Assembly (NCBI GenBank): GCA_004375965.1
Contig: SOIS01000073.1
Span: 14,802 to 78,801 of the forward strand
DNA: 64,000 bases
Source: Candidatus Cloacimonadota bacterium
GTDB lineage: Bacteria; Hydrothermota; E44-bin80
Direction: 5' to 3'
Below the pieces are notes generated by a model. That model worked only from the letters and a program-made list of their open reading frames with translations. It was not told the origin of the DNA and made no database searches. The translations under genes and the position numbers were made by a program. Position 1 is the stretch's first letter, and every line of letters starts with the position of its first letter. Below, piece after piece: positions 47,899-58,903 of this stretch.

Positions 47899-48339
47899 TT
47901 ATTCTGGTTTAACTAATAAAAGCTTCTGATTAAATTCTACAGGGTCATCATTCTTTGCAAGAATATCCACAATAGTCCCCCTCACGTCAGATTCTATCTC
48001 ATTCATTATCTTCATTGCTTCAACTATACATACAATCTGACCTGGAACAATACGGTCTCCAATCTCTACATACGGAGGAGCATCAGGCGCTGGTGCTTTA
48101 TAAAAAGTCCCTACCATCGGAGCCTGAATTGCGACAACCCCTGTCATCTCGCTTTTTTCCTCAATCTTCGTTTCTTCTGCTAAATCCTGAACTGGGTTTT
48201 TTGTCGCCCTGGGTACTTCCTTTATCTTTTTTGATTCCTTTCTGATTCGTATGGATGTTCCTAATCTCCTTATTTCAATCTCTTCGACATCCATCTCTTC
48301 AATAAGTTCAATAAGCTTTTTAATGAATGAGATTTTCAT
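47899..48339 (-). CDS. accB: biotin carboxyl carrier protein
   Basis: C-terminal biotinyl domain with EAMKIMNEIESD. Confidence 0.8.
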   Translation of the reverse strand: MKISFIKKLIELIEEMDVEEIEIRRLGTSIRIRKESKKIKEVPRATKNPVQDLAEETKIEEKSEMTGVVAIQAPMVGTFYKAPAPDAPPYVEIGDRIVPGQIVCIVEAMKIMNEIESDVRGTIVDILAKNDDPVEFNQKLLLVKPE

Positions 48340-48623
48340 AAAAGACCTTCTTTAAAAATGTGCTTTGTTAATCTCATAATTTCCATCCTGTTCAAACCTG
48401 GACACAGGATATTTTACTTTTAAATATACTACTATAATACATAATAAAAGTCAAGAGAAAACTGCGTAGAAAAGTATTTGCTTCACCACAAAAACTTTGA
48501 CCATCCTTTTCTAATATGTTTCTGAGCATATGACGATCAGAAAGTGTATCTAATATGATTAAAATCCTTATTTATCATTTTTTGATACTTTTGCAATGTT
48601 TAAAAGAATATGATGTTCTGCTT

Positions 48624-50858
48624 TCAAATCAATTCAAACTCAAACCCTCTCTCCTTGAAGATTATTAAGCAAGCATCTACCACCTCAGGAGCATAAAGTA
48701 TACCCCGATTCTCTGAGATTTCTTCCAATGCGGTATTTATGCTGTAAGCCGGGCGGTATGGGCGGTGTGAAGACATTGCTTCAACAACATCTGCCACTGC
48801 CAGGATTTTTGCTTCCACAAGAATTTCATCTCCACTTAGACCCTGAGGATACCCAGACCCATCCAACCTTTCATGATGTTGTAACACGGTTTGAGCGACT
48901 GGCGAAGAAAATTCTACTGTTTTCAAAATGTCATACCCAACCTGAGCGTGAGTCTTGACTAATACCATTTCTATTTCGCTCAGTTTAATAGGTTTGTTGA
49001 GAATCTCGGCTGCAATATGTACCTTGCCAATATCGTGCAGTATACCCGCTACACGAATCCCCTCAATTTTCTCCTCAGAAAGCCCCATCTCTTTTGCTAT
49101 AGCACAGGCAAGCTGGGTCACACGCCGTTGATGACCTGCTGTATAAAGATCCCTCTTTTCGACAGTCGATGCCAGGGCATTAACCGTTCCCTCAAGGGTT
49201 CTTTGTAATTTCCAAAAACTTCGTTTCAGTTCTTCCTCCGCCCGCTTGCGCTCAGTGATATCCTTCATCGTTCCCATACTTGCTATCTTACCTCTATAAT
49301 TGATAACTCCGACATTCATATTGACTATGACTCTGGTTACCCTATCCTTGTGTAACATGCAGAATTCGTATTCACGTGGGATATCTTCCCCTGCCTGCCT
49401 TCGATGGTAGCGATCTGCAACCATCTCTGAATCCTCTGGTGCAATGAGTTCTCGAAAGTCCATCCCAATAATCTCCTCCACCGTGTAGCCAACCATTCTT
49501 GCAAATGCCTCATTGGCAAATTTCATTTCAGCATCCTGGATAATAAAGACACCGTCCTGAATATTGTCAATTAATGTTCGATATTTTTCTTCAGAGAGTC
49601 GCAGCGCTTCCGCTGCCCTTTTCTGCTCAGTTATGTCCATTACCATCCCGATGGTTCCCTGGAACTCCTTTTTATCATTTATCCAAGGAGTAGCGGAAAC
49701 CCTTATGTTTCTTAGTTCACCGTCTTTTCGCCTCATTACTGTTTCATATTGACTGGAAACTCTGTTTTTCCTTTTAGCAGATCCCTGTAATATTTTTTGG
49801 AGTTCTTCTTCCGAAGAGATCAATTCCCGCAGATTCATACCAATAATTTCTTCTTGGGAATAGCCAAGAATATTAGAAAACCAGGGATTGGCAAAAATAA
49901 TATTCTCATTGGTGTCCACAATACACATACCTTCCTGAATAGTTTCCACCAAAGAGCGGTATCGTCTTTCGCTTTCCCGCAAAGCCTCCTTCGCTTGCTT
50001 CCTCTCTGTAATATCTCCCAAAACACCATCAAAGTATAGTATTTCTCCCTTCTCGTCGGCAATAGCCCGAGCGTTTAGGGAGCCCCAGAAAACCGTCCCG
50101 TCCTTTCTCTTCAACTGAACCTCATAATTGGAGATCTCGCCAGACGAACTTAACGTTTTAATGAACCTCTTACGGTCATCCGGGTTGAGATAGAGATCGC
50201 CGACATGAACTTTGGACATCGCCTCTGGTTTCTTATATCCGAACATCTTAGCCAGGGCTGGATTCGCCGAAAGGATACGTCCACCAGGGTTTGCTGAAGT
50301 ACGGAACACCCCGACTGGAATGTTGGACTGTAGTGTCCGATATTGCTTTTCCGACTCACGTAGCGCCTTCTCCGCCTTTTCTCGCTCGCTGATGTCCCTG
50401 CAAATAACCCGCAACTCTTTCGGTTCACCATCTTCATCAAAAATCAGTTGGGTTCTTCCCTGTACCCAGATAGTTGAACCATCTTTCCGTACCTTGTGAA
50501 ATTCCAATGCACTTTTCTTTAGTTTTTTACTAAAGATTTCGGAAATCTGCTTTTTAACCCTTTTTAAATTATCATTATGTACAATTTTCCACACAGGTTC
50601 ACCGATTAATTCCTCTTTGCTGTATCCCAGATATTCTGCACCGTACTGATTGACAGATGTCATCGTTCCATCTGGTTTGATGGAGAAATACATATCTGGA
50701 GCATGATCGTATAAATCTTGATATTGTTCCTCTCTCTTCTTTAGTGCTTTCTCAGCCCGCTTGCGATCGGTTTCTAATTTTTCAAATTCAGCAACTCTTC
50801 GGCGCGCTTCTACCAATTCATTTATGAGTTGCTCTTTTGTTTTGTTTTTGTCTTTCAT
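48624..50858 (-). CDS. multi-PAS HD-GYP domain protein (probable c-di-GMP phosphodiesterase)
   Basis: N-terminal coiled coil, about four PAS repeats, then HQRRVT...ILHDIGK...HHERLDGSGYP. Confidence 0.8.
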   Translation of the reverse strand: MKDKNKTKEQLINELVEARRRVAEFEKLETDRKRAEKALKKREEQYQDLYDHAPDMYFSIKPDGTMTSVNQYGAEYLGYSKEELIGEPVWKIVHNDNLKRVKKQISEIFSKKLKKSALEFHKVRKDGSTIWVQGRTQLIFDEDGEPKELRVICRDISEREKAEKALRESEKQYRTLQSNIPVGVFRTSANPGGRILSANPALAKMFGYKKPEAMSKVHVGDLYLNPDDRKRFIKTLSSSGEISNYEVQLKRKDGTVFWGSLNARAIADEKGEILYFDGVLGDITERKQAKEALRESERRYRSLVETIQEGMCIVDTNENIIFANPWFSNILGYSQEEIIGMNLRELISSEEELQKILQGSAKRKNRVSSQYETVMRRKDGELRNIRVSATPWINDKKEFQGTIGMVMDITEQKRAAEALRLSEEKYRTLIDNIQDGVFIIQDAEMKFANEAFARMVGYTVEEIIGMDFRELIAPEDSEMVADRYHRRQAGEDIPREYEFCMLHKDRVTRVIVNMNVGVINYRGKIASMGTMKDITERKRAEEELKRSFWKLQRTLEGTVNALASTVEKRDLYTAGHQRRVTQLACAIAKEMGLSEEKIEGIRVAGILHDIGKVHIAAEILNKPIKLSEIEMVLVKTHAQVGYDILKTVEFSSPVAQTVLQHHERLDGSGYPQGLSGDEILVEAKILAVADVVEAMSSHRPYRPAYSINTALEEISENRGILYAPEVVDACLIIFKERGFEFELI

Positions 50859-51111
50859 CTCATTACTTCTTAAAATGGTATAAATATTACCTTTCTACAA
50901 GCTGTATATAAATTAAATATATTTTTCTCACTTATTTTTCTTATGTTATCATAAATAAAAAAAAACGAAATGTCAAGGAATAATTGAGGACAATGCTGGA
51001 AAAGTTTAACACATAGTGGTTAATCTATTCCCAAGATTTTCCCTTGACAATTATTCATTTATCACGTATAAAAATAGTATATGTTGAATTTTATCAATGT
51101 AAGTAATTAAA

Positions 51112-54100
51112 ATGGAAAGAAAGATAAACGAAACGGGTCTTTTTGAAGGAAAAATAAAAACCATCCTCGGATTATTGAAACAACATAACGATACTATATT
51201 GAGAAATAATACTGAACTCGTCTCACTGTTAAAGAGGAGAGAAACCGCTCTTCGTAACCTGACAGAGGGTGAATATTCAATATCAGAAAATCTTGATAGT
51301 ATGAGAAAGGAGACCCATAATCTGTTTGCATCTACCCAGATAATCTCTGAAGCAACAGAAGTTGCCCTATCTGCACTTGAAGAACAAAAAAAGACCTGGG
51401 AAACAAAGTACTCCAATCTCGATAACGCTACAACAGGTTTCAGTAGAATAATTGGAACAATCTCAGAATCAATCTACAGCCTGAGAGAACTTGGTGAAAG
51501 AATAAGAAAGATAGAAATTGCTATGGATAAAATACATAATATTTCACATCTAACCCGCGGTGTTTCAAGGAATGCAGGGATTAAAGCATATCATGCTGGA
51601 GAAAAGGGCAAGGGTTTCGAAGTAATAGCAAGGGAGCTATCACAGTTAACCAAAGAATCACAAAGAATTACTGTTACGGTGCCAGAAGCGATAAAAAGAT
51701 TTCAAACCCAAACAAAGGAAGCAGTGAATTTTATAACACAACTAACACACAATATTGAACTGGTAAAGAAAAATACAGAAGATATGAAACTGAAACTTAA
51801 ATCAAGCGAACAGTTCTTAAGCGAGTTTATGGAGGTCTCCAACATAATCCATAACTCTGTTGATAAGCAGGTAGGAGTAGAAGAGGAATTAGGAAGGGAA
51901 GAAGAAACTATTTCAAAATTCTCTACGCAGTTGTTGATTGAAACAGGAAGTATCACAGCTCTTGAGCAGAGCCAGAGTTCCCTTTCACTTATTATTAATA
52001 AATTTGTAGAAAACTCTTCTCAAATCATATCTTCCCTTGAGCAAAAGGGGGATGAGTCCTTCGATGTCAATATAAGAAAATCTTCAATAAATAATGATAA
52101 ACTAAAAGAATATATGCTCAGAGTATCTTCATTGACATCCCAGATAAAAGAGATCTCACTTGAGGCAAAGAGGCACTTTGAATCACAGAAGGAGACGGTA
52201 TCACAGTTTCTTACCATAATAAATGAAAACAAGATGGTTAAGCAAGAAATCAGCAAGAAAACCAACTCATTAATGGAAATATTAAAAGAGGTCACGAAAC
52301 TCTTTTTAGAAACAAATGATCTGTCAGAGAAAATAATTTCAATCATAAATGAAATGATACATCTTGTTGAAAGGACAGACAGTTATTTTTCTTCCCTTGA
52401 AAAAGAGATAGAGTGGGTAGTTGAAATAGTCAGGAAACTCAAGAAATTCTCTAAAAGAAGTAATCTTCTTTCCCTCTATGCATCAATAGAGACGGCAAGA
52501 TCCTTTGAATTTAAGAAAGAACTCGATGTGATTGTAAATCAGATAAAAGAATTATCAAAACAGTCATCCAGTTTATTGAGAACAATAGAGGAATCCGTTA
52601 ATAAGGCAAAATCTTCACTTAAAAATGTTCATAAGATTATGCTCGAGACCTCTGAAAAACTTGAAAATACCAAAGATGAATTCAAACCTATGCTTAAAGA
52701 GTTTCATAATCTTATTGAGTCAACTGAGAAACTGAATGAAATAGTTAATGAGATGCTGAATGCCCTTGAGAAACAAAAAGGTCTTGAACAAAATCTTATC
52801 TCTCTCGAGGAAACACTCTCCTCAAAGATAGACGAAAATATACTCATGAACAGAGAACTGGGGAAGGTAACGGAGAAAACAAGCTCAGTTGTATCAGAAC
52901 TATTAAATGAACTCGGGGAATTTGAGAAGGATTTAACTCCTTTTTTACCTTCTATTCAGAAATTGCCAAAAACAGTCTTAAGGCTGAGATTATCTGGAGA
53001 CATTATTGATATTGACCCATCCAAAACAACTGATGCAACATCCAACAGAGTCAGCACAACTATCTTTAAGGGTCTTGTTGAACAGGGCATTGATGCAAAT
53101 GTTATTCCCTCAATTGCAAGAAGGTGGAAACTCTCTGAGGATGGGCTTGTATGGAAATTTACATTACGAGACGACGTACGGTTTCATAATGGAGAAGCAC
53201 TCAATGCGAGCGATGTGAAGTTTACAATTGAACATCTTCTTTCAGGCCCACACAGTTATATGTTTGATATGATAAAAGGAGCAAAGGATTTCATAAGAAA
53301 TAAGAACAAGGATATAGAAGGAATAAAGATTACTGGTAATTACAACATTGAACTAAAACTAAACCATCCCTATATTCCATTTCTGAGAAATCTTGGGGTT
53401 ACCTGTGGAGGTATTGCAAAGGAGACAAAAAATGGACTTATCGGTGCCGGCCCATTTAGGTTAAAGAAATGGGAAAAAGGAAATAGAATTATTCTTGAAG
53501 CATTTGATGATTACTTTGGTAAAAAACCGTACTGTGATGAGATACATTTCATTATCTGTCATGATGAGAAAGAGACGTTTAAAAGATTTTCAGAAGGAGA
53601 ATTTGACATAATAGATATTCCCAGTTCAATCGAAAAAGGAGAATTGCTACAGAAAAAAGAAGTAAATGAAATCAACATAGATTCTTTATTTATCTATGAT
53701 ATTTATTATGTTGGTATTAATGTAAAACTACAAACCCCTTTCAAAGAAAATATGGTCAGACAAGCATTGAACTATGCTGTTGACAGAAATGAGTATATTG
53801 AAAAAATTGCACAGGATAGAGGCATACCTGCAAAGGGCATCTTTCCCCCAAATTTTTCTACATATAATAAGGCACTTACTGGATACGAGTATAACCCTGA
53901 GAGAGCAAAAACATTATTAAAAAATGCTGGTTTCCCCAATGGTTTACCAGAGGAATACCAATTTGACATCAGGGATTCAAAGACTGCAGTCATGGGTGCA
54001 GAAATCTTAAAAAAATATCTCTCAGAAATTGGCATACATTTGAAACTCAATCTACTCCCCTGGAAAGAATTACTCAGAAATGTTCATAGCGGTAAATCCT

Positions 54101-54429
54101 TGCTTTTTGCACTTGGCTGGGCAAATGATAACGGAGACCCTGATAGTTTCCTATACCCACTCTTTCATTCAAAGAATTGGGGCGAACCAGGAAATACCAC
54201 ATTTTATAAAAATAAAACTGTGGACAGACTGCTTGACAAAGCGGCAGCATTAACAGACCATTATAAAAGGCAGATGCTATATCAACAGGTAGAACAGATT
54301 CTCGTTGATGATGCACCCTGGATCTTCTTATATCACTCAAAACATACCTTCGCATGCCAACCCTATATAAGAGGATACTCAAAAAGTCCACTCGCTTCGG
54401 AAAGGCTTGAGGATGTCTGGTTCTACTAG
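51112..54429 (+). CDS. fusion protein: duplicated MCP-like signalling region plus C-terminal solute-binding protein family 5 domain (no signal peptide or TM)
   Basis: AYHAGEKGKGFEVIARELSQLTKES (matches MCP [25 protein letters not shown]) and degenerate second copy SNLLSLYASIETARS. C-terminal SBP_bac_5-like VWKFTLRDDVRFHNGEALNASDVKFTIE and GAGPFRLKKWEKGNRIILEAFDDYFGKKPY. Confidence 0.6.
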   Translation: MERKINETGLFEGKIKTILGLLKQHNDTILRNNTELVSLLKRRETALRNLTEGEYSISENLDSMRKETHNLFASTQIISEATEVALSALEEQKKTWETKYSNLDNATTGFSRIIGTISESIYSLRELGERIRKIEIAMDKIHNISHLTRGVSRNAGIKAYHAGEKGKGFEVIARELSQLTKESQRITVTVPEAIKRFQTQTKEAVNFITQLTHNIELVKKNTEDMKLKLKSSEQFLSEFMEVSNIIHNSVDKQVGVEEELGREEETISKFSTQLLIETGSITALEQSQSSLSLIINKFVENSSQIISSLEQKGDESFDVNIRKSSINNDKLKEYMLRVSSLTSQIKEISLEAKRHFESQKETVSQFLTIINENKMVKQEISKKTNSLMEILKEVTKLFLETNDLSEKIISIINEMIHLVERTDSYFSSLEKEIEWVVEIVRKLKKFSKRSNLLSLYASIETARSFEFKKELDVIVNQIKELSKQSSSLLRTIEESVNKAKSSLKNVHKIMLETSEKLENTKDEFKPMLKEFHNLIESTEKLNEIVNEMLNALEKQKGLEQNLISLEETLSSKIDENILMNRELGKVTEKTSSVVSELLNELGEFEKDLTPFLPSIQKLPKTVLRLRLSGDIIDIDPSKTTDATSNRVSTTIFKGLVEQGIDANVIPSIARRWKLSEDGLVWKFTLRDDVRFHNGEALNASDVKFTIEHLLSGPHSYMFDMIKGAKDFIRNKNKDIEGIKITGNYNIELKLNHPYIPFLRNLGVTCGGIAKETKNGLIGAGPFRLKKWEKGNRIILEAFDDYFGKKPYCDEIHFIICHDEKETFKRFSEGEFDIIDIPSSIEKGELLQKKEVNEINIDSLFIYDIYYVGINVKLQTPFKENMVRQALNYAVDRNEYIEKIAQDRGIPAKGIFPPNFSTYNKALTGYEYNPERAKTLLKNAGFPNGLPEEYQFDIRDSKTAVMGAEILKKYLSEIGIHLKLNLLPWKELLRNVHSGKSLLFALGWANDNGDPDSFLYPLFHSKNWGEPGNTTFYKNKTVDRLLDKAAALTDHYKRQMLYQQVEQILVDDAPWIFLYHSKHTFACQPYIRGYSKSPLASERLEDVWFY

Positions 54430-54528
54430 CCACTGCAGTTATGAGGTAGGAGGTGAAAGAATTAACAATTCAAAATCCGTAAACTAAATTAGCAGAATGC
54501 GAGTATATTAATTTTTTAAGGGGGTTTA

Positions 54529-55185
54529 ATGAAAGCATTATTAACTGGTGGAATATTTTCCTGGATAGTTATACTGTGGAGTATAATATCCATTATATTT
54601 ATCATCATTATGTATAAACGTTCCCCAAAACATATCCTGATAATCCTGGGAACATTTCTTGGAAGTATAATATTTTCACTTGGAGTAACTGGTCTATTTG
54701 CAGGCTTAAGCAGGACCCTCAGATTATCGGCAAGTATAGCATATCCGGAAATTGAAAATTTGGTAATTGAAGGAAACAGAATGGCAAGAATACCATTTTC
54801 TATTGGAACAGTTGTAATCATTATATACTTTGTGATCCTCTCTATAATCGCAACAATAAAAAAGGGGATTCTAAAAAAATGGTCACTGTGGATTGGATGG
54901 TTAATCTTTCTCTTTTTTACCTTTGTCCTCTCCTGGCTTAGACATTCACTCAATGTTAACCTTATAAAGGGCTTTGGGAAAATTACTACTTTAAGTGACA
55001 CAATTCCTGAAACAATCTATCCTTTTATAAGGACAGGAAGATTGGCAGTCTTCACCTCTCTATTACTCTCCCTTATCTATCTCCTTGTTGCAATCCTCAT
55101 TACAATCCGAAAAGGTAAGAATAAAAAGATTCAAACAGCCGAGGCTACAGTTAACACAGATGACAAACCAGAAACTATAGACTAA
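54529..55185 (+). CDS. hypothetical polytopic membrane protein
   Basis: 218 aa with about 6 hydrophobic helices. No family recognised. Confidence 0.4.
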   Translation: MKALLTGGIFSWIVILWSIISIIFIIIMYKRSPKHILIILGTFLGSIIFSLGVTGLFAGLSRTLRLSASIAYPEIENLVIEGNRMARIPFSIGTVVIIIYFVILSIIATIKKGILKKWSLWIGWLIFLFFTFVLSWLRHSLNVNLIKGFGKITTLSDTIPETIYPFIRTGRLAVFTSLLLSLIYLLVAILITIRKGKNKKIQTAEATVNTDDKPETID

Positions 55186-55201
55186 AAGATGAAAAAAGAA
55201 A

Positions 55202-55221
55202 GGGCTTAATAAGCTAAGCCC
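55202..55221 (-). terminator. rho-independent terminator (bidirectional position between convergent genes)
   Basis: GGGCUUAGCUUAUUAAGCCC followed on the minus strand by UUUCUUUUUUC. Confidence 0.55.
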
Positions 55222-55268
55222 ATAAAAATTGTCATCTATTAATCAGTTCTCATTTCGCTTTAATGGGG

Positions 55269-56327
55269 TTATTCCGTAAGTACAAATCTAACAGGAAAAT
55301 AATACCAGACTGCAACCGGTTTACCATCTCTTTTTGCAGGAGAAAAAACAGAATGCTTAACTGCCTCAATCGCCACACTATCAAACAGAGGAGAAAGATG
55401 GTTTTCAACTTTCACCTCTTGTACCATACCGTCTCTTCCAATTAACAGTCGTAATGAAACAACTCCTTCAATACCTTTCTCCCTTTCACTTTCAGGATAA
55501 GCAGGTATTACTGTCGTAATTGTTATGGGTGGAACATCAAAGAATTCTAAAATCTCAGCTCTCTCGACCCCTCGAGAATGGGAAACAATAAAATAATCCA
55601 ACTGTTCTCCCATGGCATCATAACCCTTTATGTCAACCTCGTCACGTTCACTGTCATAATAAAAACTAATAACACCGGGTTTAACCTGTTCAGGGACAAC
55701 AAAAACCTCTTTATCTCCTGTTACAGGATTTATAATGCTATCCAGATTTTCTGACCAGATCATACTCAAACTTCCAGGAAGGAAACCCTGCGAATCCCTG
55801 TATTGAATCACCTTTTCAGCTAATTTTATTACGTTTAACCTTGCTTTTCTCGAAATATCTTGCCAGCGATGGGTTTCCCAGAATTCATCACACTCCAATC
55901 TCCATTCATGCTTTTTATTTCCGAGAGTTACCTTTCTTAATTTCATTACCCCTGGGACAAGGTCGCCTTCTTTCGTCCTCCTGTAATATGCAAGCTGTTT
56001 ACCATCCTTTAGAACAAGAAAAACATAAAAGGTAGCTCTATCTCTACTCATCTCTTGCTCTTTGACTATGACCTTACCAATGAACCTGAGTGTAACGACG
56101 TTTGTAAAATCAAGAAGGTAGGGGTCTACATCGTCCAGGCACAAAGATGCTGCTTTCTTATATGAACCTTCATTGATCAAGTTAAAAAATTTAGTCAGTG
56201 TGTAAGCAGGATCCTCCCCAGTCTTATTACAGTTAAAAAAGAGTATTAAAAAAATAAGTAACGTTTGGAATAACCTGAGATGATAAGAGAAAATGCTAAA
56301 TCTTTTTGTTCTTTGTAATCTCTTCAA
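55269..56327 (-). CDS. TonB C-terminal domain-containing protein
   Basis: C-terminus PAYPESEREKGIEGVVSLRLLIGRDGMVQEVKV...FDSVAIEAVKHSVFSPAKRDGKPVAVW is a TonB_C fold. N-terminal signal/anchor. Confidence 0.6.
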   Translation of the reverse strand: MKRLQRTKRFSIFSYHLRLFQTLLIFLILFFNCNKTGEDPAYTLTKFFNLINEGSYKKAASLCLDDVDPYLLDFTNVVTLRFIGKVIVKEQEMSRDRATFYVFLVLKDGKQLAYYRRTKEGDLVPGVMKLRKVTLGNKKHEWRLECDEFWETHRWQDISRKARLNVIKLAEKVIQYRDSQGFLPGSLSMIWSENLDSIINPVTGDKEVFVVPEQVKPGVISFYYDSERDEVDIKGYDAMGEQLDYFIVSHSRGVERAEILEFFDVPPITITTVIPAYPESEREKGIEGVVSLRLLIGRDGMVQEVKVENHLSPLFDSVAIEAVKHSVFSPAKRDGKPVAVWYYFPVRFVLTE

Positions 56328-57393
56328 TTACCCTTCTAAAATTTTCAATAAATTGTTTTTTACTGAACTTTAATGATACTTCTCTCACATTTTGAATATT
56401 AAAATCTTCCGAGTTAAAATTGAGAACAGTATCCATCAATGCTTCAGGGGTTTGAGGGTAAAAGAAGAGTCCATTTGTGCCTTCTTCTACTGTCTCTGAA
56501 GCACCCCCTCCATTAAATGCAATAACAGGTGTCCCACATGCACTCGCTTCAAGTGGAACAATGCCAAAATCTTCAAACGTTGGGAAAATAAGAGCCTTTG
56601 CCCTCCTATAAAAACTCCTTACCTCTTCGTCTGACCTTTTTCCAAGAAACTGTATATTGCGGTTGGCGGTCCTCCCAAGCCTTCCTTTCATTGAACCTTC
56701 CCCAATAATAAGGAGTGGTATTTTCATTTCATTGAATGCATTAATTGCTATATCTATTCTTTTATAAGGACGTAGCCTCGAAACAATAAGAAAGAAGTCT
56801 TCTTTCTTGATTCGCTCATCGGGTGTAAAAAAATTGGTATCTACTGGTGGATAAATTATCATTGGTTTAATTCCATAAAATTTTTCTATTCTCTTTCCTA
56901 CTGTTTTAGATATAGCAATAATTATGTCAGGTCTTCTACTTGTGTTTTCATCCCATAATCTAATAAAATGAAGTCCGAGGGCAAGTAATATTTTGGTTAA
57001 ACCCTTTCTCGCTTTTACTAACGAGTGGTATGAGTCCCAGGCAAATCGCATCGTATTCAACATATAGTTAATATGGATAGTTGAGGGAAGTGTAATTACA
57101 CCTTTTGACCACGCACTTGAAATGGAGATAACCAGGTCAAAATTATTCAAGTCAAAACCTTCGATTGCAAGCGGCATAAGAAAAAAATATTTTTCATAGT
57201 GTTTTCTCACAAATGGAAGTTTTTTTAAAAAGCTCTCCTTTATGTTCCATTCTTTGAAATGGTCAGGGATATGGGCGCGATCATAGATAAGTGTATAAAC
57301 AGGTGCCTCTGGGAAGAGTTTATGAAAAATCTCAAGGACTCTTTCTGCTACTCCATATTGATTAAGATAATCATGAACAAGTGCTACCTTCAT
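56296..57393 (-). CDS. glycosyltransferase family 4
   Basis: MKVALVHDYL...GVAERV N-terminus. C-terminal GT-B domain with PLEASACGTPVIAFNGGGASETV. Confidence 0.75.
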   Translation of the reverse strand: MKVALVHDYLNQYGVAERVLEIFHKLFPEAPVYTLIYDRAHIPDHFKEWNIKESFLKKLPFVRKHYEKYFFLMPLAIEGFDLNNFDLVISISSAWSKGVITLPSTIHINYMLNTMRFAWDSYHSLVKARKGLTKILLALGLHFIRLWDENTSRRPDIIIAISKTVGKRIEKFYGIKPMIIYPPVDTNFFTPDERIKKEDFFLIVSRLRPYKRIDIAINAFNEMKIPLLIIGEGSMKGRLGRTANRNIQFLGKRSDEEVRSFYRRAKALIFPTFEDFGIVPLEASACGTPVIAFNGGGASETVEEGTNGLFFYPQTPEALMDTVLNFNSEDFNIQNVREVSLKFSKKQFIENFRRVIEEITKNKKI

Positions 57394-57561
57394 AAAAACT
57401 CTCCATCATCCATTTTCTTATTCATCTTATAGCAAACAAAAAAATTATAGTCAAGTGAAAAAGACCTCTATGCTATACCCTCGTTTCGACACTGATACGA
57501 TACGTCAAATAGAACCTCATCTCCCATCACAAAGCAATGGTCGTAGTGGTAAGTATGTTTT

Positions 57562-58272
57562 TTATACCTTTTCATAACCCCACTTCTTCTCTATCATATT
57601 TCGTGCTTCACCACCACAGTTAAAAAGAAGATCAAGGATTGAAAGATTTGGAATGAATTTTCCCCAGAGCTGAGGATAAATAAATGAGCCGTACTGATAA
57701 TAAAGAATCTCAATTTTCTCTTTTTTGAATACACTCTCATCAAGGTAATTCCTTGCACCTGCACCTGAAAGATACACATTTCCATCAAGCTCTTTTACTA
57801 TCGAAACAAGCAGTTCTGTCTTCCCTCCTTTAACATTCAGTTGCGAAGCACTGTATATCTCCCTATTTATTTTAAGCTTCTTCATTACAAACTCGAGAAG
57901 AACGACATTAAAATCTACCAGCCGTTCCCATTCGTTTGAGTATATTTGCTTTAGCTCTTTTCTGTAATAATGGAAGAATGGAGCATTTGCATAATTCATG
58001 AGTAGTGTTCCAAAATGTTTTTTTTGCCATCTAACTGTTTTATTAATAATCACCTCATTAATCTCTTGATAAAACCTTCCCTTTTTATAAACAGGGACGG
58101 TAAGCCATATAGTGTTTCCCTGGGAACCTTTTATCCTGTTTCTATGAGTGAACGACCTTCTTGAAAATTGTACATTATCAAGAAGAACAAAAACATCTGA
58201 CCTGATTACCTTATAAAAAAACCCCGGCCAGGGGATATAGTTAGGCTGATGAGCAGCGATAACTTTACGCAT
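57562..58272 (-). CDS. WbqC-like family protein
   Basis: VIAAHQPNYIPWPGFFYKVIRSDVFVLLDNVQFSRR matches the WbqC-like family seen in O-antigen/glycan clusters. Confidence 0.7.
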   Translation of the reverse strand: MRKVIAAHQPNYIPWPGFFYKVIRSDVFVLLDNVQFSRRSFTHRNRIKGSQGNTIWLTVPVYKKGRFYQEINEVIINKTVRWQKKHFGTLLMNYANAPFFHYYRKELKQIYSNEWERLVDFNVVLLEFVMKKLKINREIYSASQLNVKGGKTELLVSIVKELDGNVYLSGAGARNYLDESVFKKEKIEILYYQYGSFIYPQLWGKFIPNLSILDLLFNCGGEARNMIEKKWGYEKV

Positions 58273-58301
58273 AACAAGTTATGAGGAAAGTTTAAAATTT
58301 C

Positions 58302-58670
58302 TTAGAGACTTTTTGCAAGGAAGACCACGCCTGCAGCAATTAAAATAATACCAAACATTCTATATAGACTGATGGCTTCGCCAAAGAATTTCCAGGAAAT
58401 AAGGAGTATAAGAACATAACTAACACTTAGCATAGGATAGGCAAAACTCAGCTCTATCCTTGATAGAGCTCCTATCCAGAAAAATGCTCCAATGCCATAG
58501 AGAATGAATCCAAGAAGAATAAATGGCTGCTTGAAAACCGCAACGAAGAATGGTCCAAGTTGATTAAAATCCAAACTAAGTTTTCCTGCAGCACTTGTTC
58601 CATACTTAATAGAGCTCTGACCAGCTACATTAATAAGGATACAAATGATAATATATATGATTCCCTTCAT
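58302..58670 (-). CDS. small EamA/SMR-like 4-TM membrane protein (ArnE/ArnF-like)
   Basis: 122 aa with four hydrophobic helices. GGAGG Shine-Dalgarno 5 nt upstream. Confidence 0.5.
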   Translation of the reverse strand: MKGIIYIIICILINVAGQSSIKYGTSAAGKLSLDFNQLGPFFVAVFKQPFILLGFILYGIGAFFWIGALSRIELSFAYPMLSVSYVLILLISWKFFGEAISLYRMFGIILIAAGVVFLAKSL

Positions 58671-58903
58671 TGTACCTCCATATTTAGTAATTAAGTAAAT
58701 GAGTAACTAAGTAATTTAATAATTTATTCAATGTTAAACACTTCCTTGTCTTTTTGACGTTTATTAGAAGCTACGTAAGCGTTCAAGACCTTTATCAATA
58801 GATATGCAAATAATTTCCCTACCATTATGGGTTCCAAGGAAACATCTTCAGCATCCTTATAGTATAGTGATAGCATAGTGTTTCGTGATCCGTCATGATA
58901 ATT

